The notes beneath the pieces were generated by a model, which did not search any database, was not told where the DNA came from, and worked only from the letters and a program-made list of their open reading frames with translations. Below, in pieces: positions 63,480 through 64,000 of a stretch of 64,000 nucleotides of DNA. The stretch is taken from sequence record PV029745.1. One strand, 5' to 3'. Positions within the stretch are counted from its first letter, which is position 1; each line of letters starts with the position of its first letter. A program made the position numbers and the translations under genes.

Positions 63480-64000
63480 TTACAGAGAGGTCGCAATCCG
63501 TTCCCGGATTTTTGCCATCGTGTCATTCTTGTAGAATTCACCATTCTTAAAGAATAGCTTCAATTCACCGGATTCTGTTTCCAGAGTCGCCCAAGACATG
63601 TCGGCTTCTTGTTCAAGAACGAAGTTACCTTCTTCATCTTTAATTACACGAAGGAAACCTTTTGCAGACTTCTTACTAGATGCAGCTTTTGGATCTTTAT
63701 ACAGCTCTACGAATTCCTCTTCGATCTGAACAGCAGTGGCTTTAACGGCCATACCGAACGTATCGCGAGTGTTGTACTGATAGGTGTAGCTACCAATACC
63801 GAGAACGACGTTACTAGAGGCGTAGCCTTTACGTTCCAAGCGAGACATGATCTGCTCGGTACGATCTACAGTAATCGAATCACCATAGATCAGGCCAACA
63901 TATTCGTTCAGGCATTTGAAGCCTTTACCGTTAACAGTACCGCCAAAGGAATCCCACAGGACTTCAATCGCACCACGTACTTCAACTTCCGGGATAGTCT
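63480..64000 (-). CDS. nadV: Nicotinamide phosphoribosyltransferase, C-terminal part (5' end outside window)
   Basis: Frame stays open to the window edge: GAIEVLWDSFGGTVNGKGFK...GLIYGDSIT...LGIGSYTYQYNTRDTFGMAVKAT...KKSAKG. Confidence 0.92.
   Translation of the reverse strand, partial: TIPEVEVRGAIEVLWDSFGGTVNGKGFKCLNEYVGLIYGDSITVDRTEQIMSRLERKGYASSNVVLGIGSYTYQYNTRDTFGMAVKATAVQIEEEFVELYKDPKAASSKKSAKGFLRVIKDEEGNFVLEQEADMSWATLETESGELKLFFKNGEFYKNDTMAKIRERIATSL

Overview
This AT-rich, gene-dense 64 kb window comes from a nucleus-forming phiKZ-like jumbo phage (Chimalliviridae). It is most likely a Pseudomonas phage close to PA1C: ORF 3290-3871 resembles the nuclear-shell pore protein ChmB (PA1C gp2) as I recall it. 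From 1-9.2 kb it carries terminase large subunit, a DUF1353 protein, DHFR, ChmB and class Ia nrdAB. From 9.2-21.8 kb (+ strand) eight intact tRNA genes alternate with four Kelch/beta-propeller paralogs that all begin MFExLL. That block also contains a tRNA-Asn gene split by an about 750 bp insert carrying an HNH endonuclease and a replacement tRNA-Asn with an atypical long variable arm. From 21.8-64 kb (- strand) lie about 85 mostly hypothetical accessory genes, arranged in units bounded by terminator + early-promoter (CTATATTAC) modules. Recognisable members there are a BCS1-like AAA ATPase, an ART-like protein, DUF4262, a PTP-like protein, SPFH, GNAT, a RelA/SpoT-type HD protein, an RNA ligase and a truncated NAMPT; several internal paralog families are also visible. 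At least four ORF-free, strongly base-paired intergenic segments, each ending at a terminator and most with an upstream promoter-like motif, look like undescribed phage ncRNAs. All calls come from reading the sequence by eye; no searches were run.
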